A DNA stretch of 64,000 bases. It comes from the human T2T-CHM13v2.0 reference genome, Homo sapiens. The notes below the pieces were generated by a model that saw only the letters and a list, made by a program, of their open reading frames with translations, was not told the DNA's origin and ran no database searches. Of the stretch, positions 43,113 to 56,878 are shown piece by piece; the first letter of the stretch is position 1, and each line of letters opens with the position of its first letter. Made by a program: the position numbers and the translations under genes. The DNA lies in NCBI RefSeq assembly GCF_009914755.1, contig NC_060932.1; one strand, written 5' to 3'.

Positions 43113-45182
43113 AGCCTTTAGCCATAGAAGAGCCATTAACTATGGTAGCTTTTCAGTAAGCCAGGAGCATGCTTCAACTGTGCGCAATATTTCCTGAGAG
43201 TAATGGTCCACTATTTTATTCCCTGTCCACATATAATTTTTTTTGCTTTCTTTTCTCTTTTTCTATTCAGTCATTGATTTGTTATTTCCTTGAAAGAATC
43301 TTGTTTCAAATCTATCAAACTCAAGTATCTTCTCTATTACAGATTATCAAATAATCTGAGAAAGTAAAAACTCACATTAATCAGCTGAAATAAAAGTATG
43401 AGTTCAATTCAGTATGTAGAGTTAATATAACTACAAAAGAGTTTTAAATTAGAATTCTTGGAAGGACAGAGGTTTCGGATGCATGTAAACTTTTCAAAGG
43501 GCATTTTTAAGCTACTACAAGAAAGCTATGTTCTTTAAAAATATAAGAAGCTAGGGATATCATTTTGTGTTATACACGCTGATAATTTTGACTGTATAGT
43601 CTTCAAAAGCATGGGCCTCCTAAAATAGCAAACTATATTTCTTGGTGGGGAGAAAGTTTAGAGGAACACATTTAGTTTATCATCACCTGTTCCTGACTTT
43701 TGTGGTCTCTAAAAATCCATTTTCTTGCTGAAAAATATGTAGGAATTATCCCATTTTTCTCAATTAGACTATTACAGATAGTTACAAAGCAAGATAACAT
43801 TTGATGTTGTGTGTAAAAAACATAATCAAGGAAGAAGAATTCACATTATAAAATATATGTGAACAATATACAGATCTATTCTCCTTAAAATAATTTTGCT
43901 TTGCTTTGAAAGATAAGATTCAACCATATAATTTAAAGGGAAAGTTATGTAGCTATCATAAAATACAGTATAGATTTTGCTTTCTCTTCATTGTATATAT
44001 TTTTATTTTAGCAAAAAAAGAAATATAGGATTTTCCTGGCTTTATGCAGAATACCATAAAAAATTAAGGTCACTTTTTATAAATTGAGATAAAAGGCTCA
44101 TTTGCTTAAGATAGACATATAATTCCACAAATTTCCTTAAAAACTTAAATTATCCTAATAACTAACTCAATCTTTCAATTTTTTGTTAGATATTACATAT
44201 ATTAAAATAAATTATTTCGTATTATATTGTTTCTTAACTTATTCTTACATTTTATAAATGATAATAGAATGAGTGAATATTCACTTTTTGGGGACTGCTA
44301 TTCAGTGACATTTTTAGTGGGAATAAAAAATGCTATGAGTTTCTCATTTAGATTAATGATAAGTAGGCTATTGTGGTAATTTTTATATTATACCTAAGTA
44401 TTTCTGTAACTAGTATATTTATAACTATTGCATTAGTGAAAGAGAATTATGAAGCCATGGAAAAATTCTCTAAGTCTTTGTTAAGTAATACTTTGTTCCC
44501 CATAAATGATGCAAAGACAAGTATGTATTACGTAGGAAAGAAAATTCCTTCCTAAGTAGAAAAGCTGTAAATAGTGAAACAATTGATTTAGTATTTACTT
44601 AGGAACTTATAAAAGGGACAGGAGTAAACATATCAATGACATCTGGATGGACCACAGTGCTACTTTGTCACAAGTTACAGTCAGATTTTGCTGGAAAGGT
44701 AATTGTTGCAATATATCACAAAGATCCCCCAAATACAGGATGGCATATATTATGAAGAATCATGTTGCCACTTTAGAAAACATGCATAATGATATTTGAA
44801 GACTACTAATTGGGTACATAAGTGGCATTAAAATTTTGAATTATCTAACTTCAGCTAAGTTACCAATTCTATATCCGATTACTTTATTAATATTTTTTCT
44901 CCTATTATATCAAACAAAATGCTTTTGTTTCCATATGCCTTCTGTTCTCTCACATTCAGGTTTTTGTCACCTTTCCATCGACTGAAGACCTTAATAATCA
45001 CCCAGCTTTCACTAATTTTTCCATTTCTATGAATTCCATGAGAAACAGCATTATATTTAAATTGTCACTGAGTTTGGGGCCATAATAGTACCAGACACAC
45101 AGTAGATGCCTAGAAGATGCTTATTGAATTACTATACAGAGACTCTGCTATTCTAGCTATTACACATTATGCAAGTTGACTA

Positions 45183-45505
45183 GGCCAAGTGTGGTGGCTC
45201 ACTCCTATAATAGTGGCTGGGAGGCCAAGGAAGAAGAATTGCTTGAGCCCAAGATTTCATGACCAGCCTGGGCATCATAGGGAGACCGCTCTCTACAAAA
45301 TACTTGGAAAAAAAAAAAAAAACTGAGCAAGGTAACACATGTCTGTAGTCCCAGCTACTCAGGGGGCTGAGATAGGAGGATAACTTGAGCCCAGGAGGTC
45401 AAAGCTGCAATGAGCTGTGATGGCACCACTGCACTCCAACTTGGGTGACAACACAAGACCCTGTCTCTAAATAAACAATAAATAAATAAGTGAACAAATA
45501 AAAAT
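45183..45505 (+). mobile_element. AluJo-like inserted in a MIR
   Basis: ttgagcccaggaggtcaaagctgcaatgagctgtgatggcaccactg; TSD aagttgacta/aagtttacta. Confidence 0.9.
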
Positions 45506-45700
45506 AAGTTTACTATGCCCAAGCTATGGTTATAAGTACCTATATTCTTTATATTGTTAATATCTACAGGTGAGCTGTGAGGAAGGTACAATTATTTCCA
45601 CTTTATAAATGAGGTAAATACATCTCTGAAAGTTTTACCTAGCCAGGATATAAGCGAAGTTATTCAAAGATCAACTTGTGTGCATTCTAAATGACTGCCT
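45506..45700 (-). mobile_element. MIR SINE
   Basis: ctgtgaggaaggtacaattatttccactttataaatgaggtaaat is the antisense MIR core. Confidence 0.65.
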
Positions 45701-46269
45701 CTACTGCTAATTTTCACTGTTTCATAAGAGAATTAACAAGTGGCTAGAGTAAGTGTTAGATTTTTAGTGACTTGAGTCTCCTTCATCACATTGAAGCTAA
45801 CAGAGACTGAGATGGTCTTCTCATCTCTACTTTTAGTTAAAAGTCATGAATTGGGTAGACTTTTATTATAAAGAAGAAAACGTTTAACCCCGACACCTGA
45901 CAGGCATTTGCTTAGGTTTTCAGATAATGAATCCTCACAGTTTTGCAATGTAGTAGTATTTTTGGTGGCATTATAGTCCAGGTGAAATAAACCTGAGTTG
46001 TACATACATATACAGCAAATACATTAAGGATAAGTATTTCCAGCGATACCTGTTCCACTTGCTTAAATTGCATAAGGCTAGGTTTTATGGGTCAATTATT
46101 TTGATAAGAAAATCATGACTTCATGGAAATGGAGACAGTACAACTCACGACAAGGAGAATAAAAGGGTAGTGCAGAAAATTTTATAAAACACTCCAAGAG
46201 TTTTAATGTGACAAGCATATTAAAGTGAGAATAAGTTACCATCATTCAGCCAAAGACTGACAAAATATT

Positions 46270-46476
46270 AAAAAAACACATCTAGAGCAATATTTATGTA
46301 AAACAGTGGGTCACAAATACCATAGAACATTATACAGCTATAAAAATGAGCATTCTTGATGTTATTTATTGACCTAGAGGAAAGAATATAATATATTATT
46401 AAATGAGAAAAAATGTGGGTTAATACATATGGTATGGTAAATTGACTACAACAATAAAAACAATAAAATATTTCTG

Positions 46477-46510
<34 letters not shown>

Positions 46511-46710
46511 TTCTATCCACATGGGGGAAATTGTGGAAGATGTTTACAATCTTCTCAACATTGCTTCTCTTAGGCAAATGCGGTAGCAAGGGGGAGGAGT
46601 AGGTAATGATGATTATTTTTTCTTTAGATATTTTACATTGTGTTACTTGTTATGGTGATTGTGTTAGTTTTGTAATTTTATAGCAGAATTTAATAAAATA
46701 AAACAAAATA
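46270..46710 (+). mobile_element. L1ME/L1MC 3' end containing a (CA)n at 46481-46509
   Basis: ccatagaacattatacagctataaaaatgag..tattattaaatgagaaaaa..ttttgtaatt..aataaaa. Confidence 0.6.
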
Positions 46711-47682
46711 AATAACCAGAAGAAGAAATAATGTTCAGAAAAAATAGTTTTAATCAGGCAAACTTAAGAACACCAGGTATGACAGATACATAAATTTTAA
46801 AAATCACAAATGATGCACAAACATGAAAAAATAAGCAAAACTTGCATTTCAAAAGAAGTCTAATAGGGTAATAGAGTAGGTAAGTTGTCAAGAAAGTATT
46901 TGCCTGTATAAAATGCAAGCATTTGTACATAATTGAAAGTATTAAAAGGTTAAAAGTAGTCTGGCAGATACAAAAGCACGAGGTTGAAAATGCAGTTGGC
47001 CCTAGCCTCTGAACCGTTGGAAGTGAAGCCTATTGACAGCAACCTGAGGATGCTTTTGTCAGTCTTAAAGCACCTCATAACCTTCAAACTCAAAGATTTT
47101 TATTGGTCTTAAGATATCTGAAACTGTATGCTAACTTTTACTTGCTCCCTTTGTTAAACGTTGAAAATATCTTAACAGTAAAAATAACTAACAAATAAAA
47201 AGTTTAGTAAATCATTACAGCACTCTTCAAATATTTGAAGGACTTTTCTTCTGGAAGTTCAAGTACCTGTTCTGTATTATACCAAAGAGTATAATTCCAG
47301 CCAATCGGTAGAAGCAACAAAAACTCCATTTTGTCTTTGGGCCATTCTAACATTTGAGGTTTTTTGTTTCTGTTTTTGTTTTTGTTTTTTCCAACTTCAG
47401 GGAGAACTCTCACATTGGAAATGTGAGATTTTCAAGCTGAGGTTTGGTGAACATTTATTGAAAATGTTTGTAGAAATTTAAGTGCCTGAGAAGTATTGGA
47501 AGAAAATGCACTTTCATATTCCTTTCAAATGTAAGGTGATGTCTTTCCTTGGTTTTAAGGATTAAGTGGGGATTAGAGAACTGTTTTCAGAAGGCCCAAC
47601 AAACCAAAAATTTAGAGTGAAAATAATATTCTAGGAAGTTAATTTGAAGGAAAATGAAAGGAAAAGACAGCAAAGTGTAGTG

Positions 47683-47748
47683 TATGTGTGTGTGTGTGTG
47701 TGTGTATGGGTGGGTGTGTTGGGTGTGTGTGTCTGTGTGTGGATGTGT
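47683..47748. repeat. (TG)n-rich tract
   Basis: Pure then degenerate TG repeats. Confidence 0.9.
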
Positions 47749-49344
47749 TTATGTTTCACTCTGCAGGGAAAAGCTTTGACTTTTTTTAATGTAGATGATC
47801 ACGTTTAAATAGAGCAAAAAATGGAAGAAAATGAGACAAATTTCCTTTGGAGCTTATATTCTGCTAAAAACTGAGCATCTAAAAAAATTTTGACTCAACT
47901 GACAGTTTCAGCTCTCACTCAGATAAAAGGTTGGGGAGGGAAACTTACACTGGACTTCCTATCAATAAGAAAGAGCTGGCGGAAGAGTTGGAAGTAAAGA
48001 GAAAGTTGCATAGCAAGTTATATGAAACTCTCTGGTTCGTTTTAACTCCACAGTAGGCAACTTAAACCACTTTTCTTGTCTAAAAATAAGAAAATTTCAA
48101 AAAATAATTTTGAGATAATCTCGCTATGATGACATATCCAGAAATTTTAAAAGATGAGTCAGCTCTAAAAGTCAGGAATGTAGTAATTCTAAAAGAAAGA
48201 AAATTGACAGCATTTCAAAACCCATGAACAAATTAGAAGTATAGTAAAATTTTTGATTTCATGCTCAGAATTATATTACGTATCTTGAGTAAATCTACAA
48301 AATGTTATGAAATTCTTTTGTGTATTGAGTTAGGCTTTTGAGAAAATAGGCTCTGTTAAAAACTAGAGTTCTAAAGGTGGTGTAACAGTTCCTGAAAACA
48401 AAGATAACAGCATTATAAATGTGTCCAGAATTAAAATAAGTGTAAAAAATAGGACATAATACATAAATTGCAAAAAAAGCCAGTAGTTTAGATTCGCTTT
48501 GAAGGAAGAGCAGAAATTCATGAAAGGGATTTTAATCAGAAAGAAAAATATGGATAATATGATAATTCAGAAAACTATCAATAGTTTGATCAGACAAAAA
48601 CAAATCTGTGATCTAGCAGTAGGTCAGAAAATATAGATAGTTGTAGAGAATAATCGTGGAGATCCCTAGATACCATGCTGTGGAATCAACACATTTTGTC
48701 TTAAAAGATTTGGAAATGTTACTCTCAGCCTCTGTAAGTAATGTAGATGTGAGGACAATAAATCCTGAAGGGAGAAACAGTAATTAACAGTAGTCAGGCT
48801 TGAAGTAAGTTCAAGAAAGTGGCTTTGGAGAAGAGAGATGGAACTACTTTGGAGTAGATGTGTATTACAGGCTTTCATTAGTTACTCCCAGAATCAGTAG
48901 CTTATTCAAGGGCATAAACTCCTAGAGGTTTTTCGCTTTGTTTTGTTTTTTGTTTGTCTTCCCCAAATGAAAGATAGAAGCATTTATTTATAAATATAGG
49001 TTAATAAATGTCTTTTTAGTTCATCAAAGGAACAAAGACAACCCCTGCCTTAATAAGATGATACAAAGGGTTATAATACGTATTTTTCCTTTGTAGATAG
49101 AAAACAAGACAATTCTTGACAAAAGTAATGTCAATGATCATCTGAAATAAAACCTTTTGTATCTAGGTTTTATATATAACTCATTTTCCTTTGAAATGAG
49201 TAAAATTGCATAATGATAAACATTTAACTCTATATATCTCATTAAGATATTCTAGTATTTAGAGGAACATACAAAAGTCCAATTTCAGATATGTGCAGCT
49301 ATTTTTCTTCTTCAACTGATATCCTTTTAAATTTACCTATTATC

Positions 49345-49890
49345 TAAATGGTAATGTCCTAGATGATAGAAACACAGAGGCAAACAAAACTGACCCCAAC
49401 TCTATCCCTCATGGAGTCTTTTTTTTCTTTCTATTGAGAGGAGTCAGAAAAAAAATACATTGTTAAAAAATAGACTGTGTTGGATGGCTATGAAAATAAA
49501 TTATGGAAAACTGGTGGGATGTGCTAGATTAGGTTGGAGTTTATAAAGATAATTACATGGAAGTTATTGCTGAGTAGGTGGCATCTGAGTACACTTCTGA
49601 TAGAGGTAAAGAAGTGAGTCAGCCTAATATCTTGTGATGGAGAGGTCTGGTTAAAAGAATCAACAAGTGCAACATCACACCTGGTGAGTTTGAGGATCAA
49701 GGACATTGTCTTTATTTGTCTGAAGCAAAGTAGCAAAGTAAGCAAGAGAGAAGTAGGCAAGAGAGGAAACAAAACATGAAAGGTGTGGATTACATAAAAT
49801 CTGCAGGCAATGTAAGAGAGAGAGGCGCCTTTTATTCTGAGTAAAACTTAAAGACTTACAGAGTATTGATTATACAGATGACAGATAATG
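49345..49890 (-). mobile_element. L2a 3' region
   Basis: gtcctagatgatagaaacacagag..ccctcatggag..aggtggcatctgagt..gagtgagtcagc..ttttattctgagtaaaa. Confidence 0.7.
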
Positions 49891-50904
49891 TATTGTACTC
49901 AGAACCCGTGAAGCTAGGAAAATCATATTTTCTGTGTCAATTTATTTAAAAAGTAGATCTATTATTTGGGTGATAACAAATATAAACTTATTTGAACACT
50001 GCCCTCCAAGCACCAAGACAGGTTTCCTTTATGATTCTGCTACTCAAATATGGAGTGAATATATGCTTTGGAGATAGCCATTGCTTCACTGAAAATGATG
50101 TAGTTGCACTGGGTAACTCATAAACATCATGGGCTTAACCACATCTCAGAAAATAACTTCATTAGAAGGATGTGCACTCTCACAATTCTATATGATGTGC
50201 ATAGCCAAGGTTATTAATCAGAATTTGGATGTTATTTTTCATAGGTCTATTTTCTCCCAAGCTTCTACCCATTAGATAAGGCTGACCTAATTATTATTAG
50301 CTGACTCATCTTATCTTGGGGATAACTTAGTTTACTCAGAAATGAAACATTCATGTCTCCAAGGTGAGCAATAATGATGATACTTGAAGTTCGTAAACAA
50401 GTTGGAAATTTCCTCTGTTCTTAATCTCACAAATTGTGATAACCAGCCTGAGAGCTTTTAGAAAATTCCAATAAACTTAATTTAACTGTACTTAATTGAA
50501 TAAAATAAAATAATCAATATTATTAAATAATATTTATTTAACAAATAAAATAATATTAAATATTTATTTAATAAATAAAATAATATTATTTTCTTTTTTC
50601 TTATTAACATACATTTGAGATATATATATATATTTAAGATTTGCCTTGTTCTGGATGGCAATATCTATTGCTATTCTCACTCATTCAATCATTGCTCTGC
50701 CAAATTTTTGGATAGATATCTCATTAACTTTCTGGTCATAGCTCATCTCAACAGTACCTTACAAAATATTTCCTTAAAACTGATGATTATTATTATTTTT
50801 CTTCTTCAGTTCAGCATGTCAAAATGTCACATTTAGAGTAATGGTTTCTGAGCTCCAACATCCTCATCTGAAACTTCCCATGGTCTCTTCCAAAGAAGCT
50901 GAAG

Positions 50905-51303
50905 ATCCAGACCCACCCAGGAGAATAATGGATTTTTTTCCTCCCTTCTCTGTTATCTCATATGTATTGCAGAAAAGAAAACCAATATTTGATTATACCT
51001 AAACAGAGCTTTTTATGAGTATAATGACTTTCTCCAAGGATCATTTAAGTTCCAAAGAAAACTATTTACAAGTTAATCTCTTGTTCCTTCATCAAATCAT
51101 TCTTCTTAACAATCATTTATTGCCCCTCAGTATAATTTCTCTTTTCCCCCATAATAATTTGTTTTATTTACCAGGATGCAAGCCCTCATTCTTTCTGAAA
51201 TCTCAAGAAGGTATATAAATTTCTGTAACTCACTGGAAAGTTGGGACTTCATTCTGAAGTCTCCTCGGTTTACATGTTAATTTGTATGCCTTCTGTCCTA
51301 TTA
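50905..51303 (+). mobile_element. MER34-family ERV1 LTR fragment
   Basis: aactatttacaagttaatctc..aatcatttattgcccctca..ggtatataa..atttgtatgccttctgtcctattaa. Confidence 0.75.
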
Positions 51304-51309
51304 AAAATA

Positions 51310-51475
51310 AATGTTAATATTATTATTGATTGAAAAATTATAATTATATACATTTGTGGGTAGAATTTGATGTTTTCATACATTTATTCAATGTGGAATG
51401 ATTAAATCATGCTAATTACTATGTCTATCACTTCACTTGCCTATATTTTTGTATGATGAGAAATCCTTGAAAATA
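51310..51475 (-). mobile_element. L1MA extreme 3' end
   Basis: ataattatatacatttgtggg..tgatgtttt..aatgtggaatgattaaatcatgctaatta. Confidence 0.7.
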
Positions 51476-51974
51476 TTTCTGCCTCCCAACAATGTATCTC
51501 AAGCTCATTTTTGTCTTTGCCCTAACTGCTTTTCAAGAAGCCCTGGACACTAGCATTACATTTTCTATCATGCTACATTATTACTATCAGTAGGTGTGGA
51601 GACGCTTGAGAAAGTATATTTATTTCAGAATTCATGAATGCATATTAAATTTAGAACTACTATTTCTAAGCTATTTTTCTTTCTAACCCTAACACCAGAC
51701 ATCCCAATCAAGTTTCATTCACTTTCTTATGAGAACTGTCAGTGTTCTCTTCTGGTCCATATGCAATTCACCGGTGTATATTCTGTACACGAGATGCACA
51801 TTGTCACGACAAATTCTGCTTTGAATTGCAGTGGTGCCTAAACTTTGAAAACTATCAGCAATTAAATGACATATCATGACTGCTTATTTCAAATATCTCT
51901 GCGATTCACCCCACATCTGTTTATTTGTGAGATTAACAAATACTTTCAAGCCTTCCTTTATAAATGCATATGAA

Positions 51975-52325
51975 TAGAATATTTAAAAAATATTCCTAAG
52001 CAGAGAGAATAGTATAATGTACTGTCATGAGCTCATTGCTTAACGTCAATCATCAACATTTAGCCAATTTGGTTTAATCTACAAACCTAATTACTCCTCA
52101 CAGTTCTCTCTGTTATTTTCAGCACATACTTCATCAGATTGGTTTATTAATACATATTTCAGTATATAACTCTTAAAAGTAAAGACCCTAAAACTTAAAG
52201 TATAATAATGATAAAGTAAAAAAAACCCAAAAAAACCCAAAGATAACTAAAATAGTTACACCTAAAAATTATAATTGTTTAATAAAATAAAATATCCATC
52301 AGAGTCCAAATCTCCCCAATTGCCT
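51975..52325 (-). mobile_element. L1MC-like 3' end
   Basis: agagagaatagtataatg..atcaacatt..gccaat..atttcagtatataactct..aaatctccccaattg. Confidence 0.6.
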
Positions 52326-53439
52326 TCTTCATTATCACAAGTGTTAACTTGTCAAAGAGATTCATAGCAATCATAGATTTTACCCAATGCTAAACTTTCC
52401 TAATAATTCAAGTAATAAAAATAAAAAAAGGTACCAACATAGCATCCCTCTCTCTTGAGGGTAGTAATATTAAAATCTAACTCTCTGATTGATTACCCCT
52501 TCCTTTCACACACACATTTTAGTTAAAGATTATGCACTGTGCTAACCATGTATGTAGTCAACATAATCAGAGAGAGGTGTTTAATTTGTGATCTCTTAGA
52601 TTTCATATCTGGTTAATAACCCAGGGATTATATATGTATAATATCTATCTAACTATCTATCTAGCTAGCTAGCTAGCTATATGCATATACATAACTAGCT
52701 TTTCTTCTCTAGTCAGTTATTTTTCATAAATTAAAAAATTCAAATATATATCACAATCCTGCTGAAAGCAAAGAGCTCTAGTGAAGACCAACATCTTTCA
52801 AGGAGAGAACAAGGGATTTATATTAAGGCCTACTGTTAATTATTTCTGTTGCATTTGCAGTTTTGTTCTATAAAATCTCAACATTTCATTTGATAGATTA
52901 TTTAGTCTTTTTAAATAATTAATATATCTTTCTCTTATTTTTTATCCCCTGACAATATAGCTGCTAAAGAAAACAAGGTATATATGCCTTGTATGTTTTC
53001 CTAGTTTGGATATTCGCCTTTCCTTCATGTCATTTAACATGTTCTTCACTGTTTTTGTTTGGTTGGTTTATTTTTTGGTTTTGGTTTGTTAAGGTGTTTT
53101 TATTGTGTTGTGCTGTATTTTCTATACATTGATGTCTTTATCAAAGTGCTTCGTTGGTCTTTGTGTTTTGGTTGCTTGCAATACAATTTCATATTTTTTT
53201 CTTATTATTTTCCACCTCCATCAGAAGCACGTAATCCCTGTAATGTTAGTAGTTATAAATGATCATTGGCTAGATACATTCTCTTATTAAAGGGTTTAAA
53301 ATAGTGATTTTTATAACCTTCTTTATTTTGCTTCAATTGCCTATTTTCAAAATAATAAGTTAGGAGATTAAGCATGTTCCATAGGTAGGCATTGAAAATT
53401 TTTTTGTCATTTTGTTTTTGTTTTGTTTAGTTTAAGTAT

Positions 53440-54375
53440 TACTATGACCTTATGAGCTTTAGCAGATTTGATATGTTTCTATTTACTGGGTATAGACTGT
53501 GTAGGCTCTTATTTTAACAGTATTACTGCTGCGTTGACAATGCACTGATGTGGTAGAAGTTGAAATAGCAATTCTAGCTGATAGGTTGTTGCAATTATTC
53601 AAGCCCATGATGATGACATGGGCTATAGTGGTAGCAATAAAATTACTGAGAAGTACTCAAAGTTTTTTTAATGTGTGTGAAGATAGAGCTGGAAGTGTTT
53701 ACTGAGAGATTGAATCAAATATAAGAGAGAATCAAAGGACTTTAAGTGTTTGAGTTGCACAAACAACCAAACTTGGGTAGAGAGTTAGAAGCTTATTTGG
53801 TGGTGCTGAGGCTGAACAGCAAGAGCTAAGTTTGATGATTTTACCAAACTTTTAATTGAAAACGTTGAATGGTTTGTTGCACGTGTCAGCCTGTTCTGGG
53901 AAGTTATGTAGGCTACAGATTTAAGTTTGAGAGTGACCATATGTATGGCTAGGTAGCTTGATGATGATATTGCCAAGGGAGTGAGGGTTGACTGAAAAAA
54001 AAAACAGAAGATGTACAAGGAAAGAGTCCTGAAAATGCCAACCTTAAGGAAAAGGGGAAGACAGGGAAAAAAATCAGGAAAGATTTAAAAGGAGTAGCCA
54101 ATGAGAGAGGAGAGAGTCAGATGCACATGGTGTCTTGAAATGAAAAGAAAGTATTTTAAGGGAAAACTGTTGAGTTTTCTCAAATGCTATGGACAGGTTC
54201 AGTAAAATAAAACCTAAAGACTATTAGCCAAGAAATGTGGAGAGGAACTGGAGGACTTGACAACAACAACAAAAATACCATGATAGCATAGCGAGGAAGA
54301 AATCCTGAGTTTAGCAGGCTCTAAAGGGAATGAGAGAATTAGAACACATGAGTCTAGGCAACTGTTTTTGAGTTA
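53440..54375 (-). mobile_element. L2a
   Basis: ggttgttgcaattattcaagc..gagagaatcaaagga..gggagtgag..tcaaatgct..ggttcagtaaaataa..aagggaatgagag. Confidence 0.7.
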
Positions 54376-56005
54376 TCTTGACTTCTCCATTTTATATGCC
54401 TGCTTTCTGTGCTTTGAGAGTAGAATAGTTCATTACCTGTTTAAGTCTCATCCCCTCTCTTTGGAAAAGTAAACAATTATAAGTTCAACTTTATTAAAAC
54501 GAAGAAAAACTATATAGTGCTAAGGAAAATTTAACATTTCAGTAAGCAGTTTTTTCTTATTTCTTTGTCTTCGGTTTAAAAATCTGTCATTGGAGAGCAA
54601 CGTAAAAGGTCAAAATTTGCACATGTTGTGGCTCCTAGATGATATAGACTGAAAAGGTATGAAGTCCTTCACTGTGAATGTACTCAAGAATTCTGGAAAA
54701 AGATCGAGGTATGGCATTGGAAACTGACATATAGTTATGGCTTAAATCCAAGTTAAGAATGTCTTACGTCATAGGAAGAGTTGTATGTCAATAGTGCAGT
54801 GTGTAAACTGAACTCCCATATATTGAGATAGATAGTTTTTATATGAATTTAATATAATAATGATTCATGTAACAATTGGAGGTTTTTAAACTCTAAAAGC
54901 TAGGTATTGTGCCCCCAAAGTATATAATGTGAAGTGCCTTATAAAATATGGAGATGGTAAGCATATTATTTGTTAACCTTATGATTGGCTTTTCAACTTA
55001 TTAAATTATTTAATGATGATTACCAATAGAAAATTAATGATAGAAACAGAAGTATGTGGTTATATTTTAGATTATATGTTTAGGAAATATCATATTGTTT
55101 AAACTTTCATAGTACTACTGAAAATTTTATTATAAATTGCCTTAAGTAAAAAAGTTTGAAGTATAAAATATATAATGAGAAAATCTCACTTCATCTGTAA
55201 TACTCCAACATTCTATTACCCATTATTGTACACAGTGTAATCTTTGTATCATTCCAATGTGAGAATGGCTGTTCTAATAACAATATACTGTGAGATGCCA
55301 AGATCATGATGCTCTTAAATATTCAATATTGCAAATAAAAGAGTTAATAATCAAGCTTGACACTAAGCATATCCTCTTGCAAACATCTATCGACAGAGTT
55401 TACTGGGAGACAGATATAGTGATCTCAGCAGTGAACTAGAAATGCTTTTGAAGGGTACACTTTGATGTCTAGTTGTTATAAATAAGTCTGCAATTTAAGA
55501 GCTGATGCTGGGTCTGACAGGTTCAGGGCTTCCGAGATACTGAAGTTGCATATGCTACATTTTCTGTTTTGTACATTGGCTAATCATTAGTGAATCCTGA
55601 TGCGGGTTAAGAATTGTATTGTCTGACTATTTGGTCTTTGGATGACACAAATACAATGCAAGAAAATATGATCTTTTTTCTGATTCTTGCATTCAGTGTA
55701 TTATCTGCTCTCCTTGTCAGATTTCAGGTTTACTATGCTAGTTGCCACCACATCATATTTTTGCCTTCAAATCTGTTTTCTCCAACTTTCCAGATGTCCA
55801 TCATTCTGCATTCTGATTGGATATCACTTATTAGCCTATTAATTAATTATATTCTGTTAAAATTATAATTGGTTGCAAAATTCACAAGTACAGGTTAATC
55901 AGTTTTCATTTTACATTGATTGAAACATGACAAATATTTTGGGTTTAATTCAAAACAAAACAGAGACTTTTTTTTATAACTATATAATATTTTTAAGAAG
56001 CATTC

Positions 56006-56233
56006 AGACTACAACCTCAACCTCCTGGGCTGAAGCTGTCCTCATTCCTCAGCCTCCTGAGTAGCTGGGACTGCAGGTGAATGCCACCATGTCCAGCTAA
56101 TTTTTTTATTGATTGATTTTTTTGTAATGACATGGTCCGCTTAGGCTGGTCTCAAACTCCTGGGCTCAAGTGATCTTTGTAACTTGGCCTCCCAAATTGT
56201 TGGGATTACAAGCATGAGCCACTGTGCCCAGTC
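56006..56233 (-). mobile_element. AluJ lacking its 3' end and tail
   Basis: acctcctgggctgaag..gtagctgggactgcagg..ggcctcccaaattgttgggattacaagcatgagccactgtgcccag. Confidence 0.88.
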
Positions 56234-56237
56234 AGCA

Positions 56238-56592
56238 TTCTAGCTATTTTGAAATATGCTACAGATGATTGTAAATGAGAGTCACTCTACTGATTCATAA
56301 AGCCTTAGGTCTTATTTCTTCTATTAAACTGTATGTTTATTCACATTAATCAGCCTTTCTTTATGCTGTTTTCCTACTACTACTCTTTCTGGCGTCTGGT
56401 AACCACCAATCTACTCTGTATCTTCATGAGATTCACATTTTTAGCTCCCACATATAACTCAAAACATGTGATACTTGTCTTTGTCTTTCTGTGCCTGGCT
56501 GATTTCACTTAACATAATGATCTCTACTTTCATCTATGTTGCTACAAATGACACAATTTCATTTTTTTTGACTAATTATATTTCATTATGTA
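56238..56592 (-). mobile_element. L1MA2/3-like 3' end
   Basis: ttctagctattttgaaata..ctggtaaccaccaatctactct..tttagctcccacata..atttcacttaacataatg. Confidence 0.85.
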
Positions 56593-56878
56593 TGATATGG
56601 TTTGGCTCTGTGTGCCCACCCGAATCTCCTGTTAACTTGTAATTCCCACTGTTGAAGGAGGGGCCTGATGGGAGGTGATTGAATTATGGGGGTGGACTTC
56701 CCCATCGCTGTTCTCATGATAGAGTTCTCATGAGATCTGTTTATTTAAAGTGTGTAGCACTTCCCCTGCTCACTCATTCCCTCCCCCTCTGCCACCATGT
56801 GAAGAAGGTGCTTGCTTTCCCTGTACCTTCTGCCATGATTGTAAGTTGTTCGAGGCCTTCCAATCATGCTTCCTGTTA
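56593..56878 (+). mobile_element. THE1D/MST-like MaLR LTR, 3'-truncated
   Basis: tgatatggtttggctctgtgt..gggaggtgattg..gttctcatgagatctg..gccatgattgtaagtt. Confidence 0.88.

Noticed and set aside
52640-52690. (TATC)n/(TAGC)n self-complementary run
   Set aside because: Short ordinary microsatellite; nothing further supportable.
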